From: Paramicrosporidium saccamoebae KSL3
Lineage: Eukaryota > Fungi > Cryptomycota
NCBI GenBank assembly: GCA_002794465.1
Contig: MTSL01000048.1
Coordinates: 1 to 32,000, forward strand
Direction: 5' to 3'
Length of the DNA: 32,000 bases
Shown here: in pieces, positions 29,659 through 32,000 of the stretch
Layout of the letters: each line of letters starts with the position of its first letter
Numbering within the stretch: the first letter of the stretch is position 1
The notes under the pieces: model-generated
What the model was told of the DNA's origin: nothing
Seen by the model: the letters and a program-made list of their open reading frames with translations, nothing else
The model's database searches: none
Made by a program: the position numbers and the translations under genes

Positions 29659-32000
29659 ATGTTCAAGAGTCTTTTGGGGGAGTCGTCAAATGTGCGAGTG
29701 GAAGAATACTCGGCAGGAGAAGAAGTCTACTCAAACGCCTCGAGCGCAGATGTTACAGAAACTGAAGAACATGTCACAATACATGCCAAGCGGGAGCCGC
29801 TCCCGTGGTCACTAAGAGGTCCATCATACAACAAGCCACTACCCGGCATACAGGGCTCTCCTATGCCAGGCGAAATGTCCCCATCTCCAATGCCCGCAAG
29901 TCCGTCCCGCAGTCCGCGCATTACAGCACGTGCAGGGTCGCCCTTTGACCAGGGTGAAGGGCAGGCTATCTTTGGATCGCCCAGGCCAGAGGTTCCAATA
30001 GATTCGGCATCGTCGGTCTCTGCACACGATGCTTCATCTGAAAAAACGTCGTCGCCGGTACTGGATCGTCCATTGAGTGGATTTAACAAAGAGACAATTG
30101 TAGAGACGGCACCGTTTATAGCCGTACCGATCCCCACTACGTTTACACCGCTGGTAATTGTCCCATCAAGTCCAATGGGGTACGACTACGCAGTTAGTCC
30201 GGGACAGAGTCACTCAATTAGTTCCTTGAGACAGGATTCTGTCGCCAGTCCTATGGCTAGTCCCATGGCTATGCCTATGATTGCCGTTCAAAGTCCGTTG
30301 AGTGCTGCACATGAGCGGAGTCCATATGTTAGCCCGGTACACGTGCACACCCCCGAAATTGTGCCAAATGCGTCACAGAGCGGTGTTTCGCCGTTAGATT
30401 TGAATGCAGGTCTGGATTCTAACAATGGGACGACTAGTCCTGCGCCGTCTTTAACGCTGGGAGAATTGCCAAGGGCTAGTCCGGCCCCATCGCTAAAGGC
30501 GCTGGAAGAGGGACGGTCTCCAGAAGCATTGAAACAGACAACTGCATTGCTTGGAGATAAACGGAGCCATTCACCATTTGACTCGCCCTCACAGCATGCA
30601 AAAAAGCAGCCTAAATTGGCTTTGATCGATCGAGAAAGATCTGAGAAGCTTTACAGGCACTACTGCAACGACTGGAGAGTTGAGCGGAAATATCGATCAG
30701 AGAGGTTCTATTTCCCGCAACTATTTAATGCTGCAAGACTACAATATGCACACATTGTTCGGAAACGAAAGGGAATTCCCCGTGAGTACCGCACAGTTGC
30801 CGAAGATGTGGATCCGGGCGCCATGTATCGACGCGACTGGCAAGTTCAGCGGCAATACTCTGTCCATCGCTACTTTGACCCGCAACTGTTCGATGAGGGC
30901 CACTTGAAACGGGTAAGGATGCCAATGACGAGGAATCAGAAAAAGAGGCACTTTAAGCAGCGAATGGCAGCTGTTGGGATCACTGACTACACCTCTCCAG
31001 GCGCAAAGTTGCGACTCGATTGGACAGTGTCGAGGAGGTACCCTGTGGAGCACTACTTTGAAGCACAGCTCTTTGACTCGATTATTTCCGCGGGCGATCG
31101 GTTACGCCAGGACTGGTATACTCTCCGGAAAAACAACTTGACCGCCTACCAGAATGGAGGTCTGCTCGACTTTGTCTATGCGACCCGGAGACTAAAGAAG
31201 GATCAGTCCATGTTGAGGCGTCTAGGCTCCCACACTCCGGCCAAGTATCCTAAGAGAATTAAGCCCCATTATGACGATCCGGGACAAAAATATCGCAACG
31301 ATTGGAAAGTGGAGCGCGAAAACAATGTCCATCTCTACTTTGATCCATCTCTGTTTGACGAGGAAAAGGCCCAAGCCGGAGTCACCTGTTGGAACAAGCG
31401 CATCTCCGAGCTACTTCACCGTGATATCCCCAATGACGAGCTGGAAGAAGAGAGAAGGATGGCGGAAAAGCAGGAGATGGAACGATTCCTGCTAGCCAAG
31501 TCAGAAGCCGAGCGCATTATGGCCGAAGAAAACACCAGCAACCATCGTCCCCAGGCCATGAGAGAGGCTGAAGTACAAAGGCTACACAAAGAAGAACAAA
31601 AACGAAGAACGGCCACAGAAGTGACACAAGCCAGAGATTCGTCAACCTCAATATTTGCACTGATAGATTCTCTTCAAAAAAGCAAAGGCGATGTAGACGA
31701 GAATGGTATGCAGTATGATTGGCAATTTTGGACAGATTTGTTTGGCGACCAGAGCATTGACGGCGAAACACGAAGCGAGGTATTGCGTCACATTCGTGAT
31801 CCGCAATATGCAGGCGTGCCGACGGAATTGAGACCGGCTCTGTGGATGTTAGCTTCGGGAGCGGCAGCATCGACAAACATGGATGGCAAGTATGAACTGT
31901 TCAAAGGAATCCCTTGTCCTCATGAAGACTCTATCTCGGCAGATGTCTGGAAAGAGATGGGCTCTCGCGGTTTGAGCGATGAACAGGCGTCATCGTTGCA
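29659..32000 (+). CDS. TBC (Rab-GAP-like) domain protein, Gyp5/EVI5-like, with Ser/Pro-rich N-terminus and a novel internal repeat; 3' truncated by the window
   Basis: My translation: open frame from ATG 29659 to the window end (at least 780 aa; absent from the ORF track because no stop falls in the window). DWQFW and GVPTELRPALWMLASG..PHEDSISAD mark the start of a TBC domain, preceded by a coiled coil. Confidence 0.82.
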   Translation, partial: MFKSLLGESSNVRVEEYSAGEEVYSNASSADVTETEEHVTIHAKREPLPWSLRGPSYNKPLPGIQGSPMPGEMSPSPMPASPSRSPRITARAGSPFDQGEGQAIFGSPRPEVPIDSASSVSAHDASSEKTSSPVLDRPLSGFNKETIVETAPFIAVPIPTTFTPLVIVPSSPMGYDYAVSPGQSHSISSLRQDSVASPMASPMAMPMIAVQSPLSAAHERSPYVSPVHVHTPEIVPNASQSGVSPLDLNAGLDSNNGTTSPAPSLTLGELPRASPAPSLKALEEGRSPEALKQTTALLGDKRSHSPFDSPSQHAKKQPKLALIDRERSEKLYRHYCNDWRVERKYRSERFYFPQLFNAARLQYAHIVRKRKGIPREYRTVAEDVDPGAMYRRDWQVQRQYSVHRYFDPQLFDEGHLKRVRMPMTRNQKKRHFKQRMAAVGITDYTSPGAKLRLDWTVSRRYPVEHYFEAQLFDSIISAGDRLRQDWYTLRKNNLTAYQNGGLLDFVYATRRLKKDQSMLRRLGSHTPAKYPKRIKPHYDDPGQKYRNDWKVERENNVHLYFDPSLFDEEKAQAGVTCWNKRISELLHRDIPNDELEEERRMAEKQEMERFLLAKSEAERIMAEENTSNHRPQAMREAEVQRLHKEEQKRRTATEVTQARDSSTSIFALIDSLQKSKGDVDENGMQYDWQFWTDLFGDQSIDGETRSEVLRHIRDPQYAGVPTELRPALWMLASGAAASTNMDGKYELFKGIPCPHEDSISADVWKEMGSRGLSDEQASSL
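30646..31359 (+). repeat. Five dispersed copies of a 28-aa protein repeat, consensus DPGxxYRxDWxVxRxYxVxxYFDPQLFD
   Basis: Copies at about 30646, 30811, 30994, 31087 and 31276; each has exactly 13 residues between W and the PQLFD-equivalent. Confidence 0.88.

Noticed and set aside
1-32000. Alternative genetic code, operon-like functional cluster, or horizontally acquired island
   Set aside because: TAA, TAG and TGA all terminate conserved genes; in-frame stops are explained by introns; neighbouring genes are functionally unrelated; no integrase, transposase or terminal repeats seen.

Overview
Eukaryotic, gene-dense, standard-code DNA of fungal type with about 17 protein-coding genes. I found no rRNA, tRNA, CRISPR or recognisable mobile element. 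In order: USP16/45-like deubiquitinase, a small fungal-type unknown protein, a GPI-type surface protein with tandem Kre9-like domains, dephospho-CoA kinase, a full-length COP1 (RING rebuilt across three 32-nt introns), ADA2, a secreted Ser/Lys/Arg/His-rich orphan, arginase, SYG1/XPR1, a UFD4/TRIP12 HECT ligase, ACMSD, a two-RRM Whi3-like protein, a PHYHD1-like dioxygenase, a secreted orphan with four CPF (heme-regulatory-type) motifs, BRL1/BRR6, SRPK/SKY1, a GRIP golgin, and a TBC-domain ORF running off the right end. The ORF track fragments many of these because they are split by about 23 tiny spliceosomal introns (28-38 nt, mostly GTA...TAG, +5G rare, one GC-AG), which I reconstructed by hand. 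Tiny introns, 30-bp gene spacers and retained ancestral genes such as COP1 and ACMSD suggest an early-diverging, compact-genome fungal relative (e.g. Rozellomycota, Paramicrosporidium-like); this is inference, not a search result. Strongest novelty candidates: (i) a five-copy 28-aa DW...YFDPQLFD repeat fused to a TBC domain whose arginine finger appears to be Lys, (ii) the CPF-motif secreted protein, (iii) the secreted polybasic protein, (iv) the GTA...TAG micro-intron regime, (v) a GCAU-rich 32-bp tandem repeat right behind the Whi3-like gene's stop codon.
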